Positions 1 through 10,422 of a DNA stretch of 43,430 nt are shown piece by piece (the first letter of the stretch is position 1; every line of letters starts with the position of its first letter). Position numbers and translations under genes: made by a program. This DNA comes from a virus (Duplodnaviria; Caudoviricetes). The stretch covers positions 1 through 43,430 of IMG/VR virus record IMGVR_UViG_3300020367_000006. One strand, 5' to 3'. The notes under the pieces are model-generated. The model worked only from the letters and a program-made list of their open reading frames with translations, was not told where the DNA came from and made no database searches.

Positions 1-571
1 CAACATATCCTTCTGTCATGTCTCCTTGACCAGATCCATCATTGGGTTGTTGCATCACACCATTGATAGATACTCTTAAAATTTCTGCATTAGCTGGTGT
101 TACTGCTGTGCTTGTTCCCTTCGTAACTAGCTTAAATCTGTAAGCAGTTCCGTTAAATGTTGCAGAGCCACCACCTGTTCCAGAAGAAGATGCAATATCT
201 AATAAATCTGCTGTTCCTGTAGCTGCTGCACCTCCAATATCTCCCCAAGAACTTCCATCATATCCTTCAAATTCTGTAGTTTGACTATTGAATCTGAACA
301 TACCAGCAGAGGGAGAGCCTGGTCTTTGAGCAGTTGTGCCAGAAGCAACATCAATAGCTCCTGTTCCTGTCATCAAAATATTGTCACTAACAGTAAATGT
401 GCCAGTAACATCCATATTTCCAGTAACACTTAAGCTAGATAACAAAGTTCCTGTAGCTGTTGCAGAGTTTGTAGCTATTCCATTTCCCATCAAGGCATGA
501 CTTGAGCATTGATAATGAATTACTATTGGAGTCGTATCGCCTACAACAATCTGTGTATATGCACCACTAGA
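1..571. repeat. Left copy of imperfect terminal direct repeat (partner 42860-43430)
   Basis: Gap-free hand alignment, about 48 mismatches in 571 nt; first 55 and last 75 nt identical. Confidence 0.95.
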
Positions 572-1576
572 ACCAGCAGTTCCGTTTGTCGTTACGTTGC
601 TTGTATAAGCTGTAGTCTTATTAGACTCAAGATAAAAACGTAAAGGATGACCACTATTACTATTATCTGATTGGTCAAACTTATATGTACGACCTGGTGT
701 AAGAGTTAAGAATGGTGCTTCTTTACCATCAATTAAATAACCATTACTAGATCCACTTCCGTTATATCTATGGGCTGCTGTTTTAGTTGCTACTGTAACT
801 GTAAAAGTTTTTACCGATCCGGTATAGGTAGCTTGAGTAGAAGCAAATCCTCTTATATTGCCATCATCACTAAGAGTTAATGTTCCTGTAAAACTAGGAT
901 CTGCATTTTGACCAGGTGCTACCCAACTAAGAACTCCAGATCCATCACTAGATAAGACGTAGCCACTAACTCCTGTATCAGCAGAAGGTAAAGTCCAAAC
1001 AACATTTGATGAAACTGTAGCTGGAGATTTAAAACCTACATAATGTGATGAATCAGAATCTAAATATCTAACTTCTTTTTGACCAGAAACAGAAATATGC
1101 TCACTACTTGTCCATGAATCTGTGGCATCTAACCAATTAAATGTCTTATCTGTAGCACCCTTTAGAGTTAATCCACCTCCATCAGCAGTTGTATCAGATG
1201 GTGTTGTAACTTTACCAAGAGTAATATTTTTATCTTCAACATCAAGATTGGTGGTGTTGATTGTAGTTGTTGTGCCACCAACTGTTAAGTCTCCAACAAT
1301 ATTTACAAGACCAGCAGAATTAATTGTCATTCTGCCACTTCCACCTGTACTGAAGGTTAAAGTATCTGATCCTCCACTAATTCCTGTATCTGGATCGGAA
1401 TTAAAACTAAATGATGGCAAAGAGGCAGATCCGTCAGGTGCTTTACTTAATAAGTTTGCGTATGTAATCTTATTGTTTGAACCTGTACCACCACCACTTA
1501 CATCAACGATAGGCAATACATCGGTGCTTGCTGGTGCGGTTAACGCTGTTAGTTCTGATATCTTTTTATTTGCCAT
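1..1576 (-). CDS. Long tail fibre, N-terminal part. Runs off the left end and continues at the right end (about 688 aa when joined); not in the ORF track
   Basis: ATG at 1576, open frame MANKKISELTALTAPASTDVLPIVD...TTAQRPGSPSAGMFRFN...QGDMTEGYV. Ser/Thr/Gly-rich fibre modules; its last 190 codons match the ORF at 42369-43430. Confidence 0.85.
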   Translation of the reverse strand, partial: MANKKISELTALTAPASTDVLPIVDVSGGGTGSNNKITYANLLSKAPDGSASLPSFSFNSDPDTGISGGSDTLTFSTGGSGRMTINSAGLVNIVGDLTVGGTTTTINTTNLDVEDKNITLGKVTTPSDTTADGGGLTLKGATDKTFNWLDATDSWTSSEHISVSGQKEVRYLDSDSSHYVGFKSPATVSSNVVWTLPSADTGVSGYVLSSDGSGVLSWVAPGQNADPSFTGTLTLSDDGNIRGFASTQATYTGSVKTFTVTVATKTAAHRYNGSGSSNGYLIDGKEAPFLTLTPGRTYKFDQSDNSNSGHPLRFYLESNKTTAYTSNVTTNGTAGSSGAYTQIVVGDTTPIVIHYQCSSHALMGNGIATNSATATGTLLSSLSVTGNMDVTGTFTVSDNILMTGTGAIDVASGTTAQRPGSPSAGMFRFNSQTTEFEGYDGSSWGDIGGAAATGTADLLDIASSSGTGGGSATFNGTAYRFKLVTKGTSTAVTPANAEILRVSINGVMQQPNDGSGQGDMTEGYV

Positions 1577-1579
1577 AAT

Positions 1580-2494
1580 TTAAAATTTAATTACATACAT
1601 AAGAGCATAGTTCTTAACACGAACTTCCGTTCCACCATCATTTTGTATTGAAATACCTGTTGTTGAGTTTTGAATAATCGAACCATTTGTTCCAGAAACA
1701 TCATTTCTAAATGTTAATGCTCCAGAACCTCCTCCAAAGTTACCACCCCAGTTACCGATAGTATGATTGTGACCAGAATCATTTATTGAGTGATTGTGAG
1801 ATTTGTTTTGATCTGATTGGCTAGAAGCAAATGATCTTCCACTATCAACACCAGCACTATTATCCCAACCTCTTACAAACTGTCCTCGAAGATCAGGAAG
1901 ATTAAATGTAGATGATCCATCTCCTACTCCCCATGTTGTTGATATTGCACTAAATAAACTTGCATAAGTGGATCTGCTGACAGCAGCACCATTACACTCT
2001 AAATAACCTGTCGGAACTGTAGTAGTTGCAAAGCTAAACACTGACCCCGCTGGAACTCCATTAGCAATCTCTCCCCATGCAGATCCGTTATAACCTTCAA
2101 ATTGCGTAAGCGTAGTGTTAAATCTTATATCTCCAGTAGCAGGAGTTGGTCTTTGAGCAGTAGTTCCTGTTGGTAACTGTAAAGAACCTGTACCAGACAT
2201 GACAATATCGCCACCAGAAGTTACAGTTCCAGAAAATGTTGGAGATGCCTTAGTTGCAAGTCCAAGATTATTTGCATCTGTTAAATCTCCTAATGTTAAC
2301 CAACCATTATTAGCAGAATTTCTAATTTTTAATAAATTATTAGCAGTATCAGCCCAGATTTTATAAGCAACAGTAGTAGAAGGGTCAGAAGAACCACTAT
2401 TTAATGATTGAATATCTCCAAGACAAACATTTAAATCTGCTCTAAAAGTTTGTCCTACAGCATTAGCTATATCATAATCATGCGTGTTACTCAT
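1580..2494 (-). CDS. Tail fibre with tail-collar domain
   Basis: VPAGSVFSFA..VPTGYLECNGAAVSRSTYASLFSAI...TFNLPDLRGQFVRGWD collar signature; HNH motifs; ends YALMYVIKF. Confidence 0.9.
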   Translation of the reverse strand: MSNTHDYDIANAVGQTFRADLNVCLGDIQSLNSGSSDPSTTVAYKIWADTANNLLKIRNSANNGWLTLGDLTDANNLGLATKASPTFSGTVTSGGDIVMSGTGSLQLPTGTTAQRPTPATGDIRFNTTLTQFEGYNGSAWGEIANGVPAGSVFSFATTTVPTGYLECNGAAVSRSTYASLFSAISTTWGVGDGSSTFNLPDLRGQFVRGWDNSAGVDSGRSFASSQSDQNKSHNHSINDSGHNHTIGNWGGNFGGGSGALTFRNDVSGTNGSIIQNSTTGISIQNDGGTEVRVKNYALMYVIKF

Positions 2495-5400
2495 TTATGT
2501 GACCTCCTTTCCAAAACCTGATGCAGCCCATACAAATGATCTTGCAACTGCTGAACTTCCATTTTTAAAAGTGACTTGAAATCCTGTCCTACTTATATTA
2601 GCAAGTTCAAAAAAATCACCTGTTTGTTGAGTTGTTGGAGTCACTACTACAGTTGGTGCTTGTTTAAATGTTTTCGTGAAAGTAACAGTATATTGTGACG
2701 ATCCAGTAGTAACTGGAGTCGAGATAGATTCTGTCCTTCCCTGTAATTCTAGTGTAGCTCCTAATTCAGTTACAGCTATATTTTGGTTAGTGTCATTACT
2801 TGTTAATATTGCTTTAAATTGAAATGCTCTACCAGTTATTAATACATTACTAAATTCTTTGTAATCACTCCAAGTGGGAGATCCAGATGGGTTGTCATTA
2901 GTTGACCTCACATAAACAGCAGCATTACATTTTGTAGCCTCTGTCAGTCCACCGACAGCATCAATATATCCCCATGTATCAATTAAATCTGTTCTTGAAT
3001 CCCATAAACTGTTTAATAAAAAGTTACTAGCTTTTAAAGTTTTTCTTAAATTAACATCATAAACTTCTGTTAAATCTACAGAGTTAGCAAAAATATATTC
3101 TCCCGATGTTGCTGTTGCATTACTGGTAACTGTTAGTTTTAAAGCATCAAGTGAAGCATCATATACAGTATTAGTTTTCGATCCCGTAAAGTTTGGAGTA
3201 TGTTCATCAACTGTTCCTACAACAAGTCTTTCTGATGGTGCAGGAAGATTAGTTGTAACTCTTGTGTTGTTCCAATCGCTATCACTTGAACCAGGTGCAG
3301 GACTTTCTCTGCCACCATCATCCTCAAATTTAATTAGATAAGTTCCCTCAAGTAAGGGAACGATTTTTTGTGTTTGGTTTCCAGCAGCAGCTACCACAAT
3401 CTCCTGTGAATCTTTCCATTGTGCTCCTGTTGTAAGAGAAGAATGTCTGATAAGAGTTTTCCCTCCTAACAACACATCAAGTTCTGTGGCACGATTCCAA
3501 CTTAATATTGCACTTGATTCATCTATAGGTAACAAGCTGACACCACTTACATTTGTTGGAAGAGCAGTTTTTCCTACAGCTACAAATGGATTTAATGAGT
3601 TTGGAAGTGTTGATCTTAAACCAGAAGCACTAACGCTATAAACTTCAATCGTGTAATTACCAGCAATCGTATCTACAATCTCATAACTTTTAGCACCTTC
3701 AACAGAACGAGAAGTATAGTTACCTTGCTCATATCTCCATCTGACATAAACATTATCAGTAGAGGTAGTCCAACTTACAATAATTTTTACTCTTGCAATA
3801 CCAGTATTTTCATAAATAACTTCCTCTGCTGTAATACCAGTTGGAGAAGCAGGAGGTATATCTAAATTAGTAATATCTCTTGTTGTAAGAGCAATCCCAC
3901 TTTCAATATGATTATATTTTCCAGAATTATATTGACTTGCTGTAATAACATGATTAGTTCTGTTCTCTTCGCTAACAGTTAAAACCCTCCAAGTGCTTGT
4001 AAGAATATCTGTTGTTTGATAAATCCAAACACTATTGACGTTGGGAGCAGAAGTAAAAGCACTTGATACTGTTATGACATCTCCTGATATACCACTTACA
4101 GGTTTATTTTCTACTGACCCATCAGAAAGAACAACGGATAAAGTCGAACCTACAGAAAACGATAACCCATTTGAATCATCTACAGTTATATCAGTAGTTG
4201 TAGCAGCACTTATACGACCACCTCTACGTTCTCCTGATCTTACAGGGTCAGCTATTTCTATAATTTGTCCAGGTCTGACAATAACTCCTGCATCTATTGA
4301 AGTAGAAAATGTAACTACTTCACGTTCTACGTTTTCCATGTAGAGCAACCATTTTGCCAAACGATTTGCTTGTCCTCTACTCGTACAGGCAAAAGCATCT
4401 ATATTTTTTACAACACTTCCATATCTAGCTTGGTTTGCAGTATCTATAACTTCTTCATAATTGACATCTCTAAGTTCTAAATCTAAATATTTAGCAACTA
4501 CAACTGTAGGTCTAGTTCTTTGGGATGTATTTTGGTAAGTAAAACCTGGTGGCATTACATTAGCTAAAGTAAACAAATAACTAGAATCTTTTGGAGAATC
4601 CTGTGTAATAGTCAAACTACCAGTTTCGTAATATGGCATAGCTCTAAATACAGAACACATTTGATTTATTACGTTATAAGCCTCCTGTTGATTTTGGATC
4701 GCAACATTACAACTAAATCTAGGTTCTGTTGTACCAGCACCAGTGCCATCATCTACTTGTGCAGAACAATAAACTGATGCTGCATAAAAACTAAACTTAT
4801 CTAAACCAGATTCCTGTAAATGATCTCCTAATCCGTACCTAGAAGAAGTCAGAAGATCATACAAACACCAAGCAGGATCATTTGTATACTGAGCAGCACC
4901 AAGCGTTCCATTAAACACTCCTGCATAAGATAAACTACCATCAGAATTGACAGTAGCGTTATGAGGAATTTTTACTTTTATACCTTTTACTAAATATTTT
5001 CTAGTAGGAATAGATGTAAATTGTTCAGCATCAACTTTTAATCCTACTAATGCACTATTTGGATAAGTTCTTTGGTCGTATTTAATTTCTACATAGCTGT
5101 TAAATTGAATTTCATTGGCTAATTTAGTTGACGCACTATCAGCAGTAATTCTAGTAACTTTAATATTTACAGGAAAAGCACCGTCTAAATTTATTAAGTA
5201 ATCTCTTTGGTAAACATCAGGAGTTCTACCAGTGATAGTTCCTGCATTGCCAGAAACAACAGTTGAATATGACCCACCACTATACTGAACAGCGATTTGA
5301 AGTTGAACTTCTGTACCAAAAATATCTCCCTTATCACTTAAAGATTGTAAAGACGGAACAGTAATAGTTATTGAAACTGCATCAACATCTGAATCAGTAA

Positions 5401-5746
5401 TCTGTATAACTTTAGGTGTAGACTGTGGAACTGTAGAAAATCCTGTAGATTTTGTGGTTTCTACATTTTTTGTTATTGGAATATTAGTTTGACTAGAAGT
5501 ACCAGTTCTAGCTTCAAAGGTTACATCTTTAAAATTAAAAGTACCATCAGTAGCCTGTAAGGGTGTGTTATTCAAAAATATAGACTTTGCACCATCTACT
5601 AATCCTTCTATTTCTCCTTCGCCAATTAAATCTAATACTTTGGCAAACTGTTTAGAATCTAAATTATCTTTAGCTTCGGTAGGAGTACCACCGCCTCCTC
5701 CGCCACCTTTTCCTCCTCCTCCGCCAGAGCCAATAATCTTACTCAT
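2495..5746 (-). CDS. Central tail tip / host-specificity protein, lambda gpJ-like
   Basis: LDLIGEGEIEGL, YTNDPAWCLYDLLT..RYGLG, EPRFSCN, ACTSRGQA.R.AKW, PGQIIEIADP motifs; follows M-L-K-I-like genes. Confidence 0.92.
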   Translation of the reverse strand: MSKIIGSGGGGGKGGGGGGGTPTEAKDNLDSKQFAKVLDLIGEGEIEGLVDGAKSIFLNNTPLQATDGTFNFKDVTFEARTGTSSQTNIPITKNVETTKSTGFSTVPQSTPKVIQITDSDVDAVSITITVPSLQSLSDKGDIFGTEVQLQIAVQYSGGSYSTVVSGNAGTITGRTPDVYQRDYLINLDGAFPVNIKVTRITADSASTKLANEIQFNSYVEIKYDQRTYPNSALVGLKVDAEQFTSIPTRKYLVKGIKVKIPHNATVNSDGSLSYAGVFNGTLGAAQYTNDPAWCLYDLLTSSRYGLGDHLQESGLDKFSFYAASVYCSAQVDDGTGAGTTEPRFSCNVAIQNQQEAYNVINQMCSVFRAMPYYETGSLTITQDSPKDSSYLFTLANVMPPGFTYQNTSQRTRPTVVVAKYLDLELRDVNYEEVIDTANQARYGSVVKNIDAFACTSRGQANRLAKWLLYMENVEREVVTFSTSIDAGVIVRPGQIIEIADPVRSGERRGGRISAATTTDITVDDSNGLSFSVGSTLSVVLSDGSVENKPVSGISGDVITVSSAFTSAPNVNSVWIYQTTDILTSTWRVLTVSEENRTNHVITASQYNSGKYNHIESGIALTTRDITNLDIPPASPTGITAEEVIYENTGIARVKIIVSWTTSTDNVYVRWRYEQGNYTSRSVEGAKSYEIVDTIAGNYTIEVYSVSASGLRSTLPNSLNPFVAVGKTALPTNVSGVSLLPIDESSAILSWNRATELDVLLGGKTLIRHSSLTTGAQWKDSQEIVVAAAGNQTQKIVPLLEGTYLIKFEDDGGRESPAPGSSDSDWNNTRVTTNLPAPSERLVVGTVDEHTPNFTGSKTNTVYDASLDALKLTVTSNATATSGEYIFANSVDLTEVYDVNLRKTLKASNFLLNSLWDSRTDLIDTWGYIDAVGGLTEATKCNAAVYVRSTNDNPSGSPTWSDYKEFSNVLITGRAFQFKAILTSNDTNQNIAVTELGATLELQGRTESISTPVTTGSSQYTVTFTKTFKQAPTVVVTPTTQQTGDFFELANISRTGFQVTFKNGSSAVARSFVWAASGFGKEVT

Positions 5747-6342
5747 ACTTCCACCTGTGCAGTTTCAATACCAGCAGATATTACTACCGATCCAGTTAAT
5801 ACTTCGCCATAAATAACAGGAACAGCTACACCAGCACGACTTGTATTTTGTATGCCACTAAAATTAAATGAATTTCTAGGATCTTGTTCCATTTCTGAAA
5901 TAGTAGGAACAGGAGTTAGCATTTCTGCTATACCTGTTAAAGCTAAAACTATACCTACATTTCCAAGTACTGCTGTTGTTCCTCCTAAAAAACCAACTCC
6001 AGTAAAACTACCCCCTGCAAAAGTAGCTCCACCAGATGCAATACCTACACCAATTAATGCTGCTCCCATTAAAACTCGACCAAAACCTCTACCACCTTCT
6101 CCTCCAATTACAGGAATAATTTTTATATCTTCCTGTCCATTTGGATAAATCAACTCTTCTTGTGTTAACTCCCAATCTCCAACATTTACTTTGTAATATC
6201 TATCTGCCATATGTCTTTCTAACTGTGGAAAGTTAACCACTAAAAATCTTATTGCCTGTGCAGCATTATGTACTTCAGCTTCAAAAGTTTTTTGACCTAG
6301 AAACTTTGCTAGTTCTCCGTATAGCTTAATTTTACGCAGCAT
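5743..6342 (-). CDS. Tail tip assembly protein, lambda gpI-like
   Basis: [11 protein letters not shown] start, Gly-rich hydrophobic middle, [24 protein letters not shown] end. Confidence 0.9.
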   Translation of the reverse strand: MLRKIKLYGELAKFLGQKTFEAEVHNAAQAIRFLVVNFPQLERHMADRYYKVNVGDWELTQEELIYPNGQEDIKIIPVIGGEGGRGFGRVLMGAALIGVGIASGGATFAGGSFTGVGFLGGTTAVLGNVGIVLALTGIAEMLTPVPTISEMEQDPRNSFNFSGIQNTSRAGVAVPVIYGEVLTGSVVISAGIETAQVEV

Positions 6343-7033
6343 AACGAATCCTTTTACCTATACATTTTAACAGCCATTCATCTAATAGATCACGACTTGA
6401 TAACCTATTTTGTAAATGATGTAAAACTGTTTGCTGTCCTAAGTAAACACCAATATGATTTAATCCGCTACTACCTATTGACATTAATAATAAATCTCCA
6501 TACTTTAAATTTTCTGTCGGCAACAATTCTCTAAATCCTGTTTTTGCAAAACAATCCTCAAACATTGGATTTTTTATAAATTCTTCTGATGATTTTGGTC
6601 TTACCCAATCTATAAGTTCTATATTTAATTCTTCTTTATACCAATCTCTACATAAACTCCAACAATCAGTAACACCCCAAACCCATTTCCTACCAATTAT
6701 AGGAGCCTTATAACCACAAGGTTCGCAATATCCCCATTGTTTTAAATTAGGTTGAACAATCCACCATTTTAAATCTGATTTTTCACACGCTACTCTATCT
6801 GCTTCACTTGGATTAGGACTTGTAACAGGATGGCTATGAACAACAGCAACTATTTCTCCTTGATCTTCTGCTTCTACCCAACAATCCGCATCAATAATAA
6901 ATTGATCTGTTGGCTCAAACGCTAAATTTTTACAAGGAAAATATACTTCTTTCCCTTTCTTAATTATCAAAAGACCACAAGACTCTCTTGGATCTTCTTG
7001 TACTGCGTGTTCAAGTGCATCATCTCGCCACAT
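6332..7033 (-). CDS. Tail assembly protein, lambda gpK-like (JAB/MPN + NlpC/P60)
   Basis: PRESCGL, HSHP..SEAD (JAB); [19 protein letters not shown] (NlpC/P60). Confidence 0.92.
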   Translation of the reverse strand: MWRDDALEHAVQEDPRESCGLLIIKKGKEVYFPCKNLAFEPTDQFIIDADCWVEAEDQGEIVAVVHSHPVTSPNPSEADRVACEKSDLKWWIVQPNLKQWGYCEPCGYKAPIIGRKWVWGVTDCWSLCRDWYKEELNIELIDWVRPKSSEEFIKNPMFEDCFAKTGFRELLPTENLKYGDLLLMSIGSSGLNHIGVYLGQQTVLHHLQNRLSSRDLLDEWLLKCIGKRIRYAA

Positions 7034-7659
7034 TATGAGAAAAACGTACCAATGCCAGGGAAGTCAGCTGGTAATACTTGTCTTTTCGGTAATCTAACAC
7101 CATGTATATCATAAGTAGCAGCTAATTCAAATTCAATAATTTCTCTATTTTCTGTAGTTTTTCGATCAATTATAAAAATTTGTTCATCAAAAGTAGCTGT
7201 AGGATCTGGAGTACCAAATGGATTTATACCCTGATCCATGTCTATTGCAAAACCATCTTCTAATAATAAATTTGAACCATTCTCTAACAGAATTTGACCA
7301 CCTGTAAAGTTTGCATTATCAACATATCTAGCTAAAGTTCTTACTCTTGTAACTTTTGCTCCTTCTAATCCTTGAGGAAGTGTAAGTAATATTGTTGTAA
7401 AAGTTCCTAATATATTCGATATTCTTAATCTTGGTCTAGGAGTTTGTTTGCCATTAAATTCAAAACCTTCGGCTTCTATTGGCATTTTGGTATATTCAAT
7501 ATTATTAAAAATAAGATTAGTATTTCCATTAGTATTCGTTCCATTATGAAAATAATACTTTGTATTAGATCCATGAATAGCAGTAATTAATTCAAGCTGA
7601 AAAAGCTCAACAATACTACTAGGATTTATTTTCTGTAGTTCTGATACAGGGGTAGTCAT
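7033..7659 (-). CDS. Minor tail protein, lambda gpL-like
   Basis: [56 protein letters not shown]. Confidence 0.88.
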   Translation of the reverse strand: MTTPVSELQKINPSSIVELFQLELITAIHGSNTKYYFHNGTNTNGNTNLIFNNIEYTKMPIEAEGFEFNGKQTPRPRLRISNILGTFTTILLTLPQGLEGAKVTRVRTLARYVDNANFTGGQILLENGSNLLLEDGFAIDMDQGINPFGTPDPTATFDEQIFIIDRKTTENREIIEFELAATYDIHGVRLPKRQVLPADFPGIGTFFS

Positions 7660-8000
7660 TAAGGTTCAAATACTTGTTGAAACGTCATGTTTAAACTTGC
7701 TCTGTTTACAAAAGGGATTCTTTTTGTCCATTGAAGGCATATCCATTTATAAGCAACAGCACTACCAGGAGGTTGCCAATCAAAAGAAGCACCATCTAAA
7801 GCTCTTGCCTCAAGGAATGTTTCTATCACATCAGAATCGTTTTCACTAACATCAAAAGTTAAAGACCATTGATAAGGAATGGTATTTAAACCAAAAGCGA
7901 TCCTATGCTGGTAGCCATCATTAAATTGAGTAGTTCGAATTTGTGGAGATGTTGTTTTACGAGCGTTATACGAAGGATTTATAGAGGGAAAAGTAGCCAT
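7659..8000 (-). CDS. Distal tail protein, lambda gpM-like
   Basis: F.DGYQ.R...GLN, W.LTF, SFDW.PP, FQQVFEP; directly after the tape measure gene. Confidence 0.9.
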   Translation of the reverse strand: MATFPSINPSYNARKTTSPQIRTTQFNDGYQHRIAFGLNTIPYQWSLTFDVSENDSDVIETFLEARALDGASFDWQPPGSAVAYKWICLQWTKRIPFVNRASLNMTFQQVFEP

Positions 8001-10186
8001 TATCCTAATAAACCTCCTGGTCGTTTTTGTTTAATTAATTCTGATTGTATAGCAACTGAAATCATACGACCAAGTTCTCTACCTTGTTCTTCATCTCCCT
8101 CAACAGAAGAACCAGAAGCATCTACATTTACTACGATATTTGTTGAACCACCAAGAGCATGATTTGGTGTAATCATACCAGATACACCTGGAGTAAACAT
8201 TTCTGGTCCACGTTCTCCTACAAGATACTGACCTCCTCCTTTTACTGGTCCTCCTGCTGCCATAGCTCCTCTAAATGCAGGATTTGAAGGCATAAAACCT
8301 GCTTTTCCTATACTTGTACCCGAAGCAGTTGTTATTGATTTTCCGCCCATTGTACTAAAACCACCACCAAACATTGAACCAAGACCACTAAATATCGAAC
8401 CAAATAATCCTCCCCCTCCTAATGTTCCTCCTGGATTACCAAATAGTGCCATGTTAAATGCAGCATCAATTAGTTTGTTTAGTACATTGTTGAGCATATC
8501 GTTGAGAGTAGACGTTCCACGGATAAGACCTTGTAGGCCATCAGCAACATCTGTTGCAAGTGATTGACCTAGTGATTTGAATTGTTCTCTTATTTTTTCT
8601 GCTTGCTCTGCTTGTTTTTCAAGTAAATTATTTTGTCTTAAAAGATCTTCAATCTTTTTGCGGTCTATTTCTTGCTCCGTCATTCCATCTTCTAGCATTT
8701 CTTTTATCTTTGCATCAAGTTCTTGTGCCAGTAAAACCTCTTCATGGTTTCCATTAATTTTTGCTTGTAATAACTCATTTTGCTGTCTTATTTTCTTGAG
8801 TCTTGAATCTTCAATTAAGTTTACAGTTTTTTGTCTTTCTATTCCTTTTCCTACTATTGCAAGCTCTTCTTTTCTAGACTCGATTTGTGCCCGTATTCGG
8901 TCAGCTTGTTTTTGTCCAGATCTACCTCTACCAACATTTTCTAATCGTGTCTGTAAATCTAGTAATGTTGGATCGGTAGCTGCTCCTCCTACATTTGCAA
9001 GTCTATTTGTTTCTGCTCTTGCTGCCTCTGCTGTTATAGGAGTAGCGAGTAATTTTAATATAGGTGCTAGGGCTGCTAACATTTTAGTTCCTAACAACTG
9101 GAACGCATTTCCTATTAATCTGCTGGTTTCTCCAAACTCTTTCAGATTTTTAACTCCTTTTTCTCCGATCTGCTGATTTAGTTGTTCAGTTACGGCTGCT
9201 AATGCTGCTTGAGTTCCTTCTGTCTTTTTAATTAACTGTATTTGTTTTTCTCTTTCTGTTCCACTTGCTCCTAAAGCTGCTGTAAGTCCTTCGACATCAG
9301 GAGTTAGTAGGTTAAATGCCTGTCCTAATTTTGATACAGCAGCTATTGTATTTTGGACTTGTTGAACTATGGCTGTAGCTGCAATACCTCCTGCAAAACC
9401 ACCCATCTGTCCAAACATTCCACCGATACCACCACCAAGGCCACCAGCTAAAGCACCTATTGGGCCTTGCCCGAATAGTAAGGGAAAACCTCCACTAATT
9501 AATGCACTTCCAACGTCAAATCCTCTACTTGGCCTGGGTAATCTAAATCTTGGTATTCTTCTACTAAAGCCTCCTGCCTGTCCTGATCCTCTAACTCTTT
9601 GATCCAGCATTTCTGCACTAGGAAGAGCTAACATTCCTCCACCTGGTGCTCTAGTATTTAAAGCCTCTTCAAATTCAAATCTTCCTGCTAATCTTCCAGC
9701 AGAACTTCCCAAGTTTCTGAGTTTAACTATTTGACCTAAAGTTTTTGTTCTTTCTCGTAACTGTTTATTTACAGTATTTTCTACTCTAACTGTTTTAGCT
9801 GTTGCTTTATTTATGTCATTTTGGGCTTTAAATCTTATTTGTGCTTTCTTTATGTCTTTGTCCGCTAAAAGTAGAGAATTTTTAGCTAGATCAAATTCAA
9901 ATTTTTCTGCATCAGCAGTAGCCTGTTGTATTTTTAAAGCAGCTTCATCAAGTTTAACTCCTTTTAACTGAAGAGGAAGAGCCTTTAGTGATAAACCCAA
10001 ACCTCTATTTTTAAGTGCAAGAGCAGTATTTTCTAGTTTTAATTGTTTTTCTGCGTCTGATAAAGCTGACTTAGACCCTCTTGCCTGTTTTTTACCTAAG
10101 TTTCCTATTCCATCGCCTATTGTTTTTAAATCTCTTTTTACTTGAGCAGTATTTAATTTTATATTTACGCTATATTCAGATGCCAC
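8000..10186 (-). CDS. Tail tape measure protein
   Basis: 728 aa helical/coiled-coil with Gly-rich hydrophobic stretch; C-terminal AAGGPV..G..YLVGERGPEMFTP motif. Confidence 0.9.
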   Translation of the reverse strand: MASEYSVNIKLNTAQVKRDLKTIGDGIGNLGKKQARGSKSALSDAEKQLKLENTALALKNRGLGLSLKALPLQLKGVKLDEAALKIQQATADAEKFEFDLAKNSLLLADKDIKKAQIRFKAQNDINKATAKTVRVENTVNKQLRERTKTLGQIVKLRNLGSSAGRLAGRFEFEEALNTRAPGGGMLALPSAEMLDQRVRGSGQAGGFSRRIPRFRLPRPSRGFDVGSALISGGFPLLFGQGPIGALAGGLGGGIGGMFGQMGGFAGGIAATAIVQQVQNTIAAVSKLGQAFNLLTPDVEGLTAALGASGTEREKQIQLIKKTEGTQAALAAVTEQLNQQIGEKGVKNLKEFGETSRLIGNAFQLLGTKMLAALAPILKLLATPITAEAARAETNRLANVGGAATDPTLLDLQTRLENVGRGRSGQKQADRIRAQIESRKEELAIVGKGIERQKTVNLIEDSRLKKIRQQNELLQAKINGNHEEVLLAQELDAKIKEMLEDGMTEQEIDRKKIEDLLRQNNLLEKQAEQAEKIREQFKSLGQSLATDVADGLQGLIRGTSTLNDMLNNVLNKLIDAAFNMALFGNPGGTLGGGGLFGSIFSGLGSMFGGGFSTMGGKSITTASGTSIGKAGFMPSNPAFRGAMAAGGPVKGGGQYLVGERGPEMFTPGVSGMITPNHALGGSTNIVVNVDASGSSVEGDEEQGRELGRMISVAIQSELIKQKRPGGLLG

Positions 10187-10218
10187 TGATTTTTGCAGAA
10201 TACACGGATATTAGAAGT

Positions 10219-10422
10219 TTAGCGTACTTTACGAACTTGGGCTTGTCTTTTTGCCTTTTCGTAGGCTTCTTCTTCTCGTTCAGCTTTAATTGTAAAGTAA
10301 GCGTTCCATCCGTATAGTTCTTGAACCGATACTCTTTCTTGTAATTCTTTGAATGTGTAGCCTAGCTGTTCTGCAATAAAAAACTGCAAATATACAAAAT
10401 TATCGTCTTTTATTTTAGCTTT
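10219..10422 (-). CDS. Tail assembly chaperone C-terminal extension (gpT-like), no ATG, probably reached by frameshift; not in the ORF track
   Basis: Frame KAKIKDDNFVYLQFFIAEQLGYTFKELQERVSVQELYGWNAYFTIKAERE...VR*, with the A..LG.T..EL...S..E...W.AY gpT pattern. Confidence 0.8.
   Translation of the reverse strand, partial: KAKIKDDNFVYLQFFIAEQLGYTFKELQERVSVQELYGWNAYFTIKAEREEEAYEKAKRQAQVRKVR

Noticed and set aside
1-571. Diversity-generating retroelement TR/VR pair
   Set aside because: Mismatches are not adenine-specific and are mostly synonymous, and no reverse transcriptase is present
6332-7033. NlpC/P60 protein as the endolysin
   Set aside because: JAB + NlpC/P60 fusion between gpL- and gpI-like genes is the standard gpK tail protein
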